Source: Deinococcales bacterium (GTDB lineage: Bacteria; Deinococcota; Deinococci; Deinococcales; JAAFIG01). From it: a stretch of DNA of 64,000 nt. Numbering within the stretch: the first letter of the stretch is position 1; the number at the start of each line of letters is the position of its first letter. This document shows, piece after piece, positions 17,113 to 27,609 of this stretch. A program made the position numbers and the translations under genes. The stretch covers positions 32,001-96,000 of the forward strand of contig JAYWGM010000028.1 of assembly GCA_043778225.1 (NCBI GenBank). Reading direction: 5' to 3'. Below the pieces are notes generated by a model. The model was not told the origin of the DNA and ran no database searches. It saw only the letters and a program-made list of their open reading frames with translations.

Positions 17113-18849
17113 TTAGGGATAGACATTGGCATTGGTGGCTGCGCCCATACTGCCCATTTGGGCGGGTGGGCAAACACCGCCAGGAGCGCCAAAGTTGCCC
17201 AGTAACCCAGCTATTAGCGTGTTGTTGCTGGCAGAAAAAACCATATGGCCAGAGGCTAATGAATAAACCCCGCCACCAATCGCATCGCCACCGTTACCGC
17301 CATTGGTGGCTTGAACAAGACATTGGGTTGGTGAGGAAACCGAATTAAAACCAGTCCCACCATTGCCGCCCCAAGCCAAATTATCTTTGATTTCTGAAGC
17401 AATGATTTTTAAGGCACTGCTCGAGGTTGCCGCACTATAAATGCCAGCCCCATAGGCATGACCGCCATTTTGACCCGCCACACTCAGCGATCCATTCGCC
17501 CCGTTGCTCCCTGTAGCCGTGTTATTGCTGATTTGGCTGTACTCAATACTCAAAGCCCCATTGGTGGTGCTAAAAATTCCGCCGCCTCGAGCCACTAAAA
17601 GCGCAGCAGGCAGACCAAGAACCGCAGTTGTGCCTTTGACTTGGTTTGAAGTTATTTTCATCCCAATCAAGCGCGTGGTGGTATCAACTAAAATTCCCGC
17701 CCCACCAAAGTTAGTGCCATTGTGGGTGAGTCTGCCATCTTTAATTGTAAAACCACCCAGCACCACAGTTTTTCCAGTGCCTGTGGTCTCGAGAACCCGA
17801 GAAGCAAAACTTCCAGACAGTGACACATTCGCCCCGCCATACAACCCAATGGACTTATTGATCACCAGTGGGCTACCAACCCCGATGGTGGTATCAAAAC
17901 AAATGCCATCCCCTTGGGTCGCATTGGCAACAGCATTGGTCAGTGCGTTCACACCCGACACAATTATATTCACGGCTGGCACGGTTAAATGGGTGCTGAC
18001 GGCATCTGAACCTATTCCGCCCAATTTACCCGCCACCCTAAGGTCATGAATAAATTTGAGGTTCGTAGTGGTATCACCACACGCCTGTCCACCCAGCATC
18101 GTGACTTTACGAGTGCCGCTCGGCACAGCACTTAAACCCGCCACTGTCCCCGCAATCTGTTCCTCGAGACTCTGGACAAGTTCGTTGACCCCGCCTTCGG
18201 AAAATAAAAAAGTCAGGCTAAAACCATATGTACCAGAAGTTTGGTTTGGCACACTCAGGGAAAGGGTGACTGTGGCTGTTTCGTTTGGGGCAATGGTTCT
18301 TGGATTGCTGTCCAAGTTCGTATCGCCAACCCGTTGCTGCATTAAATAACCAAATCCAAGCGGGTATTCGCCAACCCCAAGGGCAGCCCCAGCTTCGGTG
18401 GCTCGAGTATTGATTTCACTTTGATTAAAAAGTTGTAAATCGGCGGCATTTGAATCCACTGTACTCGCATTGCAATCCATACCGTGACTCGACACGATGG
18501 CTCGAGGGTTAGGCGTAGTTGCACCACCAAAATTAACAATCGCTTTGAGGGCTGTACCATCGGCATTACCAGATTTGTGATAGGCATGAAGCAGCAGATT
18601 ATTGAGGGTTGAGTTGGTGTTGTTGGTGAACCGAAAACTGCGTCGTAAATAGCGCAAGCCCTTGGTCATGTCATCGCAGACTGCCACGGCTGCCAGTGGC
18701 ACAAAACTCAAGGCGGTATCGGGCAGGACTGCCGCTTGGGTCAAGACATTGGACATTGGTAACTCGAGTGCGCCAAGTGTTTGCGGACTCGGTTGTGGGT
18801 TTTGCTGACAAGCCAAGAGACCAACAAAAAGAACAATCAACCGCTTCAT
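17113..18849 (-). CDS. lipoprotein with a C-terminal Gly/Asn-rich beta-helix-like region
   Basis: Lipobox LLAC; repeated GGG(I/V)(Y/F)S and N.A.GG.GG motifs. Confidence 0.75.
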   Translation of the reverse strand: MKRLIVLFVGLLACQQNPQPSPQTLGALELPMSNVLTQAAVLPDTALSFVPLAAVAVCDDMTKGLRYLRRSFRFTNNTNSTLNNLLLHAYHKSGNADGTALKAIVNFGGATTPNPRAIVSSHGMDCNASTVDSNAADLQLFNQSEINTRATEAGAALGVGEYPLGFGYLMQQRVGDTNLDSNPRTIAPNETATVTLSLSVPNQTSGTYGFSLTFLFSEGGVNELVQSLEEQIAGTVAGLSAVPSGTRKVTMLGGQACGDTTTNLKFIHDLRVAGKLGGIGSDAVSTHLTVPAVNIIVSGVNALTNAVANATQGDGICFDTTIGVGSPLVINKSIGLYGGANVSLSGSFASRVLETTGTGKTVVLGGFTIKDGRLTHNGTNFGGAGILVDTTTRLIGMKITSNQVKGTTAVLGLPAALLVARGGGIFSTTNGALSIEYSQISNNTATGSNGANGSLSVAGQNGGHAYGAGIYSAATSSSALKIIASEIKDNLAWGGNGGTGFNSVSSPTQCLVQATNGGNGGDAIGGGVYSLASGHMVFSASNNTLIAGLLGNFGAPGGVCPPAQMGSMGAATNANVYP

Positions 18850-18853
18850 GGAT

Positions 18854-19789
18854 TTATGCTAACACTTGCTGTAAAAAACTTGGGTCATAATTACCACCAG
18901 AGACAATACACACGGTTTTACCCCTTGGCGTAAACACCCCAGAGCGAATTGCCGCCGTGGTCAGTGCGCCGGTTGGTTCAACTGCCAGTTTGGTCTCGAG
19001 AAACAAATGGCGCATGGCTTCAAGAACCGCATCTTCGGATACAGTCATCATATCGTCCACCAAGCTCGAGATGATTTCGTAATTCAACACGCCAAGCCCT
19101 TGGGTTCGCACCCCATCGCAGATGGTTCTTGTCACCAGACTGGCATCCCACGAACGGCGCTCTTTGGCATAAAACGATTCTTTGGCATCAGCCGCCAATT
19201 CTGGTTCGACCCCAATCACTTTGGTTTTGGGCGATAGCGCTTTAATCGCCACCGCGATTCCAGCCAGTAGTCCACCGCCACCAACACAAACCAGAACCGT
19301 ATCCACATCGGATAAATCCTGCACAATCTCAAGTCCGATTGTGCCTTGCCCGGCAATCATTCTGGCATCATCGAATGGCGCGATGTACTCGAGACCACGT
19401 GAATCCCGAAGATTCATGGCGACCTGCATCCGCAAATCCGAGGCATTTGGGCAACGCACGATTTCTGCTCCCCAAGCGGCTGTTCGGTCTACTTTAATTT
19501 GTGGGGCATTGTGTGGAATTACAATTGTGCTTAGAATACCGTGCATAAAAGCTGCCGCCGCCACACCTTGGGCATGGTTGCCGCTCGAGTCTGCCACAAC
19601 ACCCATAGCCCTCGTTTCGGCACTCAGGCTCGAGATGGCATTGTATGCACCACGGAACTTAAAACTGCCCGTGACTTGCAGATTCTCGGGTTTGAGCCAG
19701 ATTCCAGCCTCGAGCGGTAAGAGTGGGGTATGCCGCGCCACACCCACAATTCGAGCGGCTGCCGCTTGCACATCGGATAAGCCCACCAT
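18854..19789 (-). CDS. threonine/serine dehydratase (PLP fold II)
   Basis: KPENLQVTGSFKFRGA, SSGNHAQG, VGGGGL and SGGN motifs. Confidence 0.93.
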   Translation of the reverse strand: MVGLSDVQAAAARIVGVARHTPLLPLEAGIWLKPENLQVTGSFKFRGAYNAISSLSAETRAMGVVADSSGNHAQGVAAAAFMHGILSTIVIPHNAPQIKVDRTAAWGAEIVRCPNASDLRMQVAMNLRDSRGLEYIAPFDDARMIAGQGTIGLEIVQDLSDVDTVLVCVGGGGLLAGIAVAIKALSPKTKVIGVEPELAADAKESFYAKERRSWDASLVTRTICDGVRTQGLGVLNYEIISSLVDDMMTVSEDAVLEAMRHLFLETKLAVEPTGALTTAAIRSGVFTPRGKTVCIVSGGNYDPSFLQQVLA

Positions 19790-20913
19790 CAGATTCGGTA
19801 CTCCGTGAATGGTGCAGCATCGGGTTGACCATCACTGACGTGTAGGGTGCGCGTCTCGAGGTTCATAATCACGCCACAAATCGTGGCAACGCGGTCTTCA
19901 GGCGGTTCTTCTTGGTTTGGATAACGACAAATTCCGTCGGGGTCGTCGTCGCGGTCAGATAAAAATTCCTTAAAATCCTCAAGTTTTAACGGGCGGCGAT
20001 TCTCGAGCAATTCGGTCATGCGTTTTTGTCGGTGATAACTGTGCGGACGACGCTCAGATGGCGGCTCGACTAAGTTCATGCTTTTTGGGTCTAAAAAGTG
20101 ATTGGTATGCGCCATACTGCCTAAATTGCACGAGACGGTACGAATACCATGTGGCGCAGTTTCAAAATCAATCACTTGGTCGGGTGCATGACCCACCATA
20201 AAATTGGTACTACAGGCTTTTGTGCCATCATCTATAACGGCTCGAGCCGCTTCAAGACTGGTGGAACGCAAAATTTCCCAGCAACGTGCATGGGTTGGTC
20301 GGGCAATTCGCGCCCAGTCGTCGTCCATGCTGGTCAAGCCACTGATACACAAGCCCAGTCCAGCACTGTTTAGCCCAAGTTTTGATGCAAAAATACCAGC
20401 TTCGGTAAAACCCAACGTCTCGAGACCATCAAGGTGCTTAGTGTGCAGCAGCGCCCCTTTAACGCCTTCAATCCAATCCCAGTTTTGACCAATGGTTAAT
20501 TGCCCGCTTGCCGTGGCTTCAGGCAGCGCCGCAAACAAAGTACAACCATCCGGGCGACGATGCTCTGGGCTGGCAGTCACTCGGGTCAAACCCGCATTCT
20601 CGAGACCGACCGTGCCGTATTGGTAATACAAAATCTCGTAACGCGCATTGAGGGCAGCAATCTCAAAAAAATTACGCCCAGAGCTTTGAGAAATGCCGCG
20701 CATCCCTTCAGAATAGGCTGGCGAAAACTTCTCGAAGTGCCGTGCTACCTTGGCTGCCATTGAAAGGGTTTGTTCTCGAGTCAGCTTAGCTTCTTTTTCA
20801 AAACGGTAAAAATACAACTCGAGGTTGTACTCGATTAAATCTTTGAGGGCTTCGCCGTGCTGCTGCCCCTGCTCGAGCGGTGTGCCAGAAAGTTCTACCA
20901 GTCTAAAGGTCAT
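19789..20913 (-). CDS. peptidase C45 family Ntn hydrolase (acyl-CoA:6-APA acyltransferase-like)
   Basis: DG|CT autocleavage site, GQNWDW, GLNSAGL and HTNHFL; start placed at MTFRLVEL. Confidence 0.88.
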   Translation of the reverse strand: MTFRLVELSGTPLEQGQQHGEALKDLIEYNLELYFYRFEKEAKLTREQTLSMAAKVARHFEKFSPAYSEGMRGISQSSGRNFFEIAALNARYEILYYQYGTVGLENAGLTRVTASPEHRRPDGCTLFAALPEATASGQLTIGQNWDWIEGVKGALLHTKHLDGLETLGFTEAGIFASKLGLNSAGLGLCISGLTSMDDDWARIARPTHARCWEILRSTSLEAARAVIDDGTKACSTNFMVGHAPDQVIDFETAPHGIRTVSCNLGSMAHTNHFLDPKSMNLVEPPSERRPHSYHRQKRMTELLENRRPLKLEDFKEFLSDRDDDPDGICRYPNQEEPPEDRVATICGVIMNLETRTLHVSDGQPDAAPFTEYRI

Positions 20914-20966
20914 GCTCTGAGCATACCGAATTTTCAGACTCGAGAAGTAATACAAATGGCGTAAAG

Positions 20967-22874
20967 TTATAGGGCTTCGCACCACTCCAAGACTCGAGGG
21001 AAAGAAACAGCTTCGCAGCTTCCGAAAAGCGCATTTTTCGAGAGTTTGGCTCGAGTCGTTTTGGGGCTGGTCATGCCGCATAAAAATCGTGCCAGTTGAC
21101 GCGGCTCGGATAAGGCATCTGGGTTAGCTTGGACAAGGGCTTTGATGCTTCTTGGCTCGAGAATTTGCTCGAGCCTCGGGCTGGATTGGGCTGGTGGCAA
21201 TCGGATTTCTTGCCCAAGGCAGTAGCTACATTGACCACAGTTTTGCACGTCAATGTCGCCAAAATAATTGGCTAAAGCATCGGTGTAGCAATGCTGATTC
21301 TCAAAAAACTTTGGGATGCTGTGCAAGCGTTCTAAATCGGCTTGTTCGCGTTTGGCAAAGCGTTGCTCGAGACTGGCAACCAGTTTGGGGATGTGGCTAA
21401 ATTCTTTGACTCGAGTGAATTGATTGATAACATTGGAAACTTTTAATTCAACAAGTTTTTGCTCGGATAAATAATTGAGAGCAGTCACGATTCGCTCTCG
21501 AGGTTGGGCTATTTTTTCGCTTATCACACGTGGCTCGAGGGTCAGCCAATCGCGCCCCATTTTGCCATTTTGTAAGACTGTCTCGAGAAAATCATAGCGC
21601 TCACCGCTAAATCTGGTCATGATTGTTTTGAGCGGTGTTAAGAATTTGAGGGCATATGTTTCGTATTGTGGTGTGCCTTGGTACAACATATCCTCGAGTT
21701 CCAGATAAGTGATCGCTGTTCGCAGCACAAGCGGGCGCAAATCGGTCTCGCCAGATAAATTGTAAAGGTTGACGAGCATCTGTTCTGGCTGTGCCGCAAA
21801 GAAGCTCACAAGGCGCGTCAGGGCATCGGCGCTTGGCGTATCGCCATAAATAAATTGCTCGAGGGTTGCAGCATCCTCTAGGCTGCCAAACATCATGCCG
21901 ATGGCTGGCAAATCATCGCGCCCAGCCCGTCCGACTTCTTGGGCATAGCCCTCGAGACTTTTGGGCAGTTGATAATGATAAACGCCACGCACATTGGCTT
22001 TGTCTATGCCCATGCCAAAGGCAATGGTTGCCACGACAATTGCATTTGGAGTGGTCATCCACCAGTGCTGCACGTCGGAACGCAGTTCGTCAGGCAGACC
22101 AGCATGATAGGCTCGAGCCTCAAGACCAGAGGCAATCAAAAAATCGGCAACCCGTTCAGCATCTCGCTGCAAGGTCGCATAAACAATACTTGTCCCGATA
22201 TTTTGTTGCAGCGCTTTGAGTAACGCCGCATCTCGAGCCGCCAGTTTGGTTGGTTGCGCCAAAAGTTGCAGATTATCGCGGCGAAAACCAGAAATCACGG
22301 CTGCCGAATTAGGAATCTTAAAAGCCTCGCAAATGTCTTGCACCACACTTGGCGTGGCTGTGGCGGTCAACGCCAAAATTCGTTCCGCCCCAATATCTTC
22401 GGCAACTCGAGCCAGTTTTAAGTAGTCTGGACGGAAATTATGCCCCCACTGAGAAACACAGTGGGCTTCATCCAAAGCAAACAGCGCAATTTTGGCGGAC
22501 TTTATTAAGGCATAAAATTGTTCGTTGTTAAAGCGTTCAGGCGAAACATAGAGGATTAAACTTTCGCCGTTTCGGATTGCCGCATTGACCCGCAAAAGTT
22601 CCTCGCGCCCCAAACTCGAGTCGAGTCGAGCCGCCGCAATTCCCAAGGCTTGCAAGGTCTGGACTTGCTCGCGCATCAAAGCCAGAAGCGGCGAAACCAC
22701 AAGCGTGATTCCCTCGAGCATCAGGGCTGGCAACTGATAACACAAAGACTTGCCACCACCCGTTGGGAAAACTGCCAAGGCGCGGTTAGAGGTAAACAGA
22801 TGATGCAGCACGGCTTCTTGCCCAGCCCGAAATTTTGAATGACCGAATTTTAGCAACGCCGTCTCGAGGTTCAT
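20967..22874 (-). CDS. recQ: RecQ family DNA helicase (no HRDC domain)
   Basis: PTGGGKSLCYQLP, DEAHCVSQWGHNFRPDY, TAT, ATIAFGMGIDK, QEVGRAGRD and Zn motif CGQCSYC. Confidence 0.93.
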   Translation of the reverse strand: MNLETALLKFGHSKFRAGQEAVLHHLFTSNRALAVFPTGGGKSLCYQLPALMLEGITLVVSPLLALMREQVQTLQALGIAAARLDSSLGREELLRVNAAIRNGESLILYVSPERFNNEQFYALIKSAKIALFALDEAHCVSQWGHNFRPDYLKLARVAEDIGAERILALTATATPSVVQDICEAFKIPNSAAVISGFRRDNLQLLAQPTKLAARDAALLKALQQNIGTSIVYATLQRDAERVADFLIASGLEARAYHAGLPDELRSDVQHWWMTTPNAIVVATIAFGMGIDKANVRGVYHYQLPKSLEGYAQEVGRAGRDDLPAIGMMFGSLEDAATLEQFIYGDTPSADALTRLVSFFAAQPEQMLVNLYNLSGETDLRPLVLRTAITYLELEDMLYQGTPQYETYALKFLTPLKTIMTRFSGERYDFLETVLQNGKMGRDWLTLEPRVISEKIAQPRERIVTALNYLSEQKLVELKVSNVINQFTRVKEFSHIPKLVASLEQRFAKREQADLERLHSIPKFFENQHCYTDALANYFGDIDVQNCGQCSYCLGQEIRLPPAQSSPRLEQILEPRSIKALVQANPDALSEPRQLARFLCGMTSPKTTRAKLSKNALFGSCEAVSFPRVLEWCEAL

Positions 22875-22918
22875 AAAAGCAGTCTATCCTGCGCTTTGAA
22901 GTGGTAGAGTCATTACGG

Positions 22919-23944
22919 ATGCAACGTAATCTTCGCCTTACCCTCGAACCTTGGAGTCCGGAATACGACACCAGTCTTCATGCCGACCCAAACGAAACCA
23001 AATCGCTCGAGGATGTCGAACTTGAAGTTGAATTTAGCCTCTGGGGCAAGGTTCGCCCTGCCGATTACCGCGTGGATTTTAGCCAATTGTTTTTTATAGA
23101 TGGGCGGCGCAGACTGGAAGGGCGGGTCTGGAACACCCTCGAGAAGGGAATTATTGCACCCGGTTTACTTGGCACTTTGGCGGTTGGTGCAGTCACCACC
23201 AAGCACGACACGCTGACCCCAGCCAAAGTCGTGGACCGAGTTCTCGAGCGAATTTTGATTTTGTCGGGCGGCACGGGAGAGGATTTAATCATTGAAAACC
23301 GTGGTCACGAATACGGGCGGCTCGAGTACCGTTACGAAGCCCTGAACGACACCCAAAACCTCGAGAATGCCCTAATTCAGCGTTTGCAATTTTTAATGCG
23401 CGATGCCGAAGATAAACTGGCGGCTGGTTTAGCGCTCGAGAAGGCGCTTTTGATTTTGGATGGTCCGTTGCAACGCCGCGCCCCAGACCGCAGCCTAGGC
23501 TATGTCAAAACGATGCACACCTTGTATGTCTCGGGGGCAGAACTCGAGGTTTTACGCCAACTCGAGAAAGGCGAACGCACCCCAATTTTTCGGATTGGCA
23601 GCCGAATTTTGCCGCGTTATTCGTGGTACATCCGACTCGAGGACACGCCAGAGTATATTCAGCCCTTTGCGGGTTTGGTGCGGCTCGAGGTGCGCGACAG
23701 CATGGGTTTGGAGTGGGCAAAAGAAATTGCCGATTGGAGTTGCCGAATTTTACCGCGTTACAGCGCCAAAGCCTTCCGAGACCCCAGAGCGCCGCAACAA
23801 TTGATGCCGATTGCTTTTCTCGAGTCGGATTTGGGTCGGCGCATGGGCGACATGAGTATTATCCGCCGTAGAATCCAAGCCCACTTAAAAGGACTGAATG
23901 CTCGAGAAGAAGATAGGCTCGAGGCTCGAGAAGTCAGTAATTGA
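22919..23944 (+). CDS. nurA: NurA DNA double-strand-break repair nuclease
   Basis: FIDGRRR, ILDGPL, GYVKT, GERTPIF and DPRAPQQLMPI..LE; directly upstream of herA. Confidence 0.88.
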   Translation: MQRNLRLTLEPWSPEYDTSLHADPNETKSLEDVELEVEFSLWGKVRPADYRVDFSQLFFIDGRRRLEGRVWNTLEKGIIAPGLLGTLAVGAVTTKHDTLTPAKVVDRVLERILILSGGTGEDLIIENRGHEYGRLEYRYEALNDTQNLENALIQRLQFLMRDAEDKLAAGLALEKALLILDGPLQRRAPDRSLGYVKTMHTLYVSGAELEVLRQLEKGERTPIFRIGSRILPRYSWYIRLEDTPEYIQPFAGLVRLEVRDSMGLEWAKEIADWSCRILPRYSAKAFRDPRAPQQLMPIAFLESDLGRRMGDMSIIRRRIQAHLKGLNAREEDRLEAREVSN

Positions 23945-23958
23945 GTCACCTCTCAGGC

Positions 23959-24072
23959 ACTCCCCCCGCAGCGAAGCTGCGACCCCCTCTTCGAGGGGGT
24001 TCAAAACCTTAGAGCCTTGAACTTAAACCCCCTCGAAGAAGGGGAAACGCGAGTACAACAAGCGTGGGGAGT
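23959..24072. repeat. long imperfect inverted repeat (REP/MITE-like) between nurA and herA
   Basis: ACTCCCC...GGGGAGT termini and an inner 14-bp perfect pair TCTTCGAGGGGGTT / AACCCCCTCGAAGA. Confidence 0.7.
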
Positions 24073-24091
24073 TCCCACAAATTGGAGAAAC

Positions 24092-25897
24092 ATGAATTCA
24101 GCAATTCAATCCGTCGGCATGGTACTTGGCACAAAAGACAGCGCTCCGCTCGAGTTTTGGGTTGGGGTCAACGAAGGGCAGATGTTGCAACTCGATGATT
24201 TTGTGGTGGTCAAGACCAAAAAGCCGCTCGAGGGAACAAACGATGTTATTTCCTTTTATGGCGTGGTGGACAGTGTGCGAAAACTGCACGAAGGCGTACA
24301 GTTTGATTCTGATACCCGCCTAGCGATCGAAGGAACAATTCCAGTCAATGTCAGTTACGCCGCCCATGTGATTGTGACTCGAGTTGAACCCGAAGAATTT
24401 GTGCCACCACATCCCGGCGACGAAGTTTGGCACGCGGTTGGCGAAGAACTGAAAATGGCGCTTTACCAAGACCGCATGGAGTCGGTCACACCCGCCGGTG
24501 TGCTGCGGAACGGTCAGCCGGCTTACCTCAATTTTGCTTTTTTGAACGGCGAAAACGGCGCACACGTCAATATCTCGGGCGTGTCTGGCGTGGCAACCAA
24601 AACCAGTTATGCGCTTTTTTTGTTGTACAGCATTTTTAACTCAAATGCCCTTGGACTCGAGAAAAGTAATTCTCGAGCCGTTATTTTTAACGTTAAAGGC
24701 GAAGATTTACTTTTCCTAGACCAAGAAAACAATAAATTCAGAGACCGCGAAGCCAAACAAAGCGCGGCTCGAGGTTTAGCCACCGACCGCTATACGGTTT
24801 GTGGCTTGCCTGCCACACCTTTTACCGATGTCCAGTTTTTAGCTCCCAACATTGGCACAGAAGGCGTGATTACCCACGGGGCTTCACAGCGAGGACAGGG
24901 GATTACGCCCTACCTCTGGACACTCAAACAATTTGCCCTCGAGCGGCTATTGCCGTATTGCTTTACCGACCGCGACGGCAGCCTCAATCTAGGGTTTTTG
25001 ATTGGTCAAATCGAAGAGCGCTTGGTCAAACTGGTCTCGAGCCAAGATGCCAGCGCCCCGCATATTTTGGTAGACGACTGGTCTCGAGAAGACATTGCCG
25101 AGATAGACGACTCTATCGAATTTAATCAGATCGGCAAAGCAAAATTAACCAGTTTTACGCAGTTAATCGCCTACCTCGAGTACAAGCTGATAGACCAAAA
25201 CGATGGCGAAGGCGACCCGCGCTGGGCTGGCAAGCAACCATCTGGCACACGTCAGGCTTTTGTGCGCCGTTTACGTGGTGTGGTCAAGCACCTCAATCCG
25301 CTCATTCGTGGCGATTTAGATTCGGCTCGAGCCGCCGCTTACCGCCCAGACCCAATGCGAAACCAGTTGAGTGTAGTGGATATTCACGGCTTGCACAGCC
25401 ACGCCCAGATGTTTGTGGTCGGCGTGATTTTGAAGCAGCTTTTTGAAGACAAAGAACGCAAAGGGCGCACGCCATATGTTTTTGTGGTGCTGGATGAGCT
25501 TAACAAATACGCTCCGCGAGATGGCGAAAGCCCAATCAAAGATGTGCTGCTCGATATTGCCGAACGTGGGCGCAGCCTTGGGATTATTTTAATTGGCGCA
25601 CAGCAAACGGCTTCTGAAGTTGAACGGCGGATTGTATCTAACGCCAGCATTCGTGTGGTCGGGCGCTTAGACCCCGCCGAAGCCGAACGCCCAGAGTACC
25701 GCTTTTTACCAGCCGCTTTTAGAATGCGCTCTGGGATTTTGCAACCTGGCACAATGATTGTGAGTCAGCCCGAAGTGCCAAGCCCCGTAATGATAACTTT
25801 TCCGTTTCCAGCATGGGCAACTCGCCGCGATGAGGTTAAGGATTTACCAACCACAAGGGAAGAATCTGAGAAAGCGGCGGCTGATTGGTTATCGTAA
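24092..25897 (+). CDS. herA: HerA ATPase/DNA translocase
   Basis: HAS-barrel N-terminus; Walker A variant [11 protein letters not shown]; Walker [34 protein letters not shown] before ATG 24092. Confidence 0.9.
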   Translation: MNSAIQSVGMVLGTKDSAPLEFWVGVNEGQMLQLDDFVVVKTKKPLEGTNDVISFYGVVDSVRKLHEGVQFDSDTRLAIEGTIPVNVSYAAHVIVTRVEPEEFVPPHPGDEVWHAVGEELKMALYQDRMESVTPAGVLRNGQPAYLNFAFLNGENGAHVNISGVSGVATKTSYALFLLYSIFNSNALGLEKSNSRAVIFNVKGEDLLFLDQENNKFRDREAKQSAARGLATDRYTVCGLPATPFTDVQFLAPNIGTEGVITHGASQRGQGITPYLWTLKQFALERLLPYCFTDRDGSLNLGFLIGQIEERLVKLVSSQDASAPHILVDDWSREDIAEIDDSIEFNQIGKAKLTSFTQLIAYLEYKLIDQNDGEGDPRWAGKQPSGTRQAFVRRLRGVVKHLNPLIRGDLDSARAAAYRPDPMRNQLSVVDIHGLHSHAQMFVVGVILKQLFEDKERKGRTPYVFVVLDELNKYAPRDGESPIKDVLLDIAERGRSLGIILIGAQQTASEVERRIVSNASIRVVGRLDPAEAERPEYRFLPAAFRMRSGILQPGTMIVSQPEVPSPVMITFPFPAWATRRDEVKDLPTTREESEKAAADWLS

Positions 25898-25922
25898 CTC
25901 GAGAATCGTGTACACTAATTGT

Positions 25923-26183
25923 ATGAACGCCATTACTACCCAAGAAGCAGTCAAAGACCTTGAAGCCTTGGTGCGTTCTGTGATTCAAGGCATTGAACCT
26001 ACCATTGTCATTGCTAAAGATGGTTCAAAAGTTGTGGTCATGCCAATGGAAGAATACAATTCGCTGAGCGAAACAGATTATTTACTCTCTAACCAAAAAA
26101 CCGCCACCAAACTCCGCCAAGCGCTCGAGCAAGTGGCGAGTAACCAAGTGGTTAGTAAAACCTTAGCCGAACTTGATTTATGA
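25923..26183 (+). CDS. yefM: Phd/YefM family antitoxin
   Basis: VVMPMEEYNSLSETDYLLS motif; ATGA overlap with yoeB; leaderless TACACT -10 box. Confidence 0.88.
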   Translation: MNAITTQEAVKDLEALVRSVIQGIEPTIVIAKDGSKVVVMPMEEYNSLSETDYLLSNQKTATKLRQALEQVASNQVVSKTLAELDL

Positions 26184-26437
26184 ACTTTGTTTTTACCGAC
26201 GATGCTTGGCAAGATTATTTGTGGTGGCATGGTCAAGATATTGTGATTTGGCAACGAATCAACAGCCTCATAAAAGAATGCTCGAGAACTCCGCACCAAG
26301 GAATAGGAAAGCCAGAACCCTTAAAGCACGACCTCAAAGGCTATTGGTCAAGACGAATTACCAAAGAGCATCGTTTGGTGTACACGTTTAACAACGAACG
26401 GCTGCTGATTTTATCGTGCAAAGGTCATTATGATTGA
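26180..26437 (+). CDS. yoeB: Txe/YoeB toxin
   Basis: AWQDYLWW, GIGKPEPLKHDL.GYWSRRITKEHRLVY, C-terminal HY. Confidence 0.95.
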   Translation: MNFVFTDDAWQDYLWWHGQDIVIWQRINSLIKECSRTPHQGIGKPEPLKHDLKGYWSRRITKEHRLVYTFNNERLLILSCKGHYD

Positions 26438-26512
26438 ATTTCTAGCTCGGGCAGCACAGAGATAGCACTATCTTTTGCATCTCTTAAACTTTCGTTTGGC
26501 ATTTGGTGGGTT

Positions 26513-27301
26513 TTAACTAGGTTCAAAATTAATCACTTCAACCCACAATTTGCGAAACTCATCAGGCTTTACTTTTAACGCTTTCATTTTTGGCGAAGCA
26601 GCAATTATTTGCAAAAGTAGTGAATCAGATGGATTAGCTAATGTTGCTTCCATCACTTCCGAAACCTGAGATTCTCGAATTGATATTTTTGCGAGCTTTT
26701 TTCTAGGTACGACATACTCTTCACATAGCTTTCGTGAAAGTTTTTTAACGTGATCATCATTTGAAGTATTTTTCAATTGATTAAACAACTTTGTGATTTC
26801 AGAAACATCGGAAATTGTAAGATCAACCTTTTTTACAGCAAATAAACTTAAATCTAAGTCTGGCATTTTGATTTTTTCTTCATCTGAAATAGCCTCGCAG
26901 ATGTCGGATATAAAGAAGTGTTCAGGATTAAGTAATACATAAGCCCATTTTCCGCCCAAAAGCACCCCTAAGCACATTTTCTCATGCCTTAAATAGCTTT
27001 GCATTTGCTCAATGTGCTTATTGATTTTTGTAATTTCTGTAGGTTTTTTTAGGTCTAAAAACCATCGATTTTCATTTCTACCTACTAAAAAATCAACTTT
27101 TATTATCGTTGTACCTATACGAATTGCATATTGTGAAATCACAGACGTTTTATCATACCCCAAACACTGCAAAAGCGTTTTACCGCGTCCCCAACCTGAT
27201 AATGGCAACTCGACAGTCATACTAAGCTCGCGTTCGCTGACAATCTCGTGAGCATCTATACTTTCAAAAAGACGTTCAAAGTAATTCTTCACTGATGACA
27301 T
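26513..27301 (-). CDS. HsdR N-terminal-like PD-(D/E)XK nuclease domain protein
   Basis: LGYD, KVDFLV, FLDLKKP, EQMQSY and GVLLGG pattern; AT-rich. Confidence 0.6.
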   Translation of the reverse strand: MSSVKNYFERLFESIDAHEIVSERELSMTVELPLSGWGRGKTLLQCLGYDKTSVISQYAIRIGTTIIKVDFLVGRNENRWFLDLKKPTEITKINKHIEQMQSYLRHEKMCLGVLLGGKWAYVLLNPEHFFISDICEAISDEEKIKMPDLDLSLFAVKKVDLTISDVSEITKLFNQLKNTSNDDHVKKLSRKLCEEYVVPRKKLAKISIRESQVSEVMEATLANPSDSLLLQIIAASPKMKALKVKPDEFRKLWVEVINFEPS

Positions 27302-27360
27302 AATGAGCTAATTATATCCCCAATTCGTACACATAAGGACTCAACAACTACCTTTTCAGA

Positions 27361-27609
27361 CTATCTCGAGCTTTTGCTTATGCCACGGCTTGGCTTGCCC
27401 AAGGGTCGTGCAGCACTTCCGTAGGTTCTCATAGCAGTGCCAGTTATCAAACTTATGGCTTGCTCGAGAATGGCTAGACCCTCGTCTATTTCAGAGTCGC
27501 TGATGGTTTGCAATTCTAAAGACTCCACCCATGTCTGGACGCTGCACGATATTCATCGATAAATACGGATTAAGCAGCTATTGGCGATTTCCCAAAACTG
27601 ATCATTCAT
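27361..27609 (-). pseudogene. dgdA: remnant of a 2,2-dialkylglycine decarboxylase-like class III aminotransferase
   Basis: N-terminal MNDQFWEIANSCLIR joined to C-terminal LSMNIVQRPDMGGVFRIA and, after a frameshift, TISDSEIDEGLAILEQAI; the middle of the gene is missing. Confidence 0.65.

Noticed and set aside
22919..25897. HerA-based anti-phage system
   Set aside because: The partner is NurA, matching the known housekeeping repair pair of Deinococcus-Thermus; no Sir2 or DUF4297 partner.
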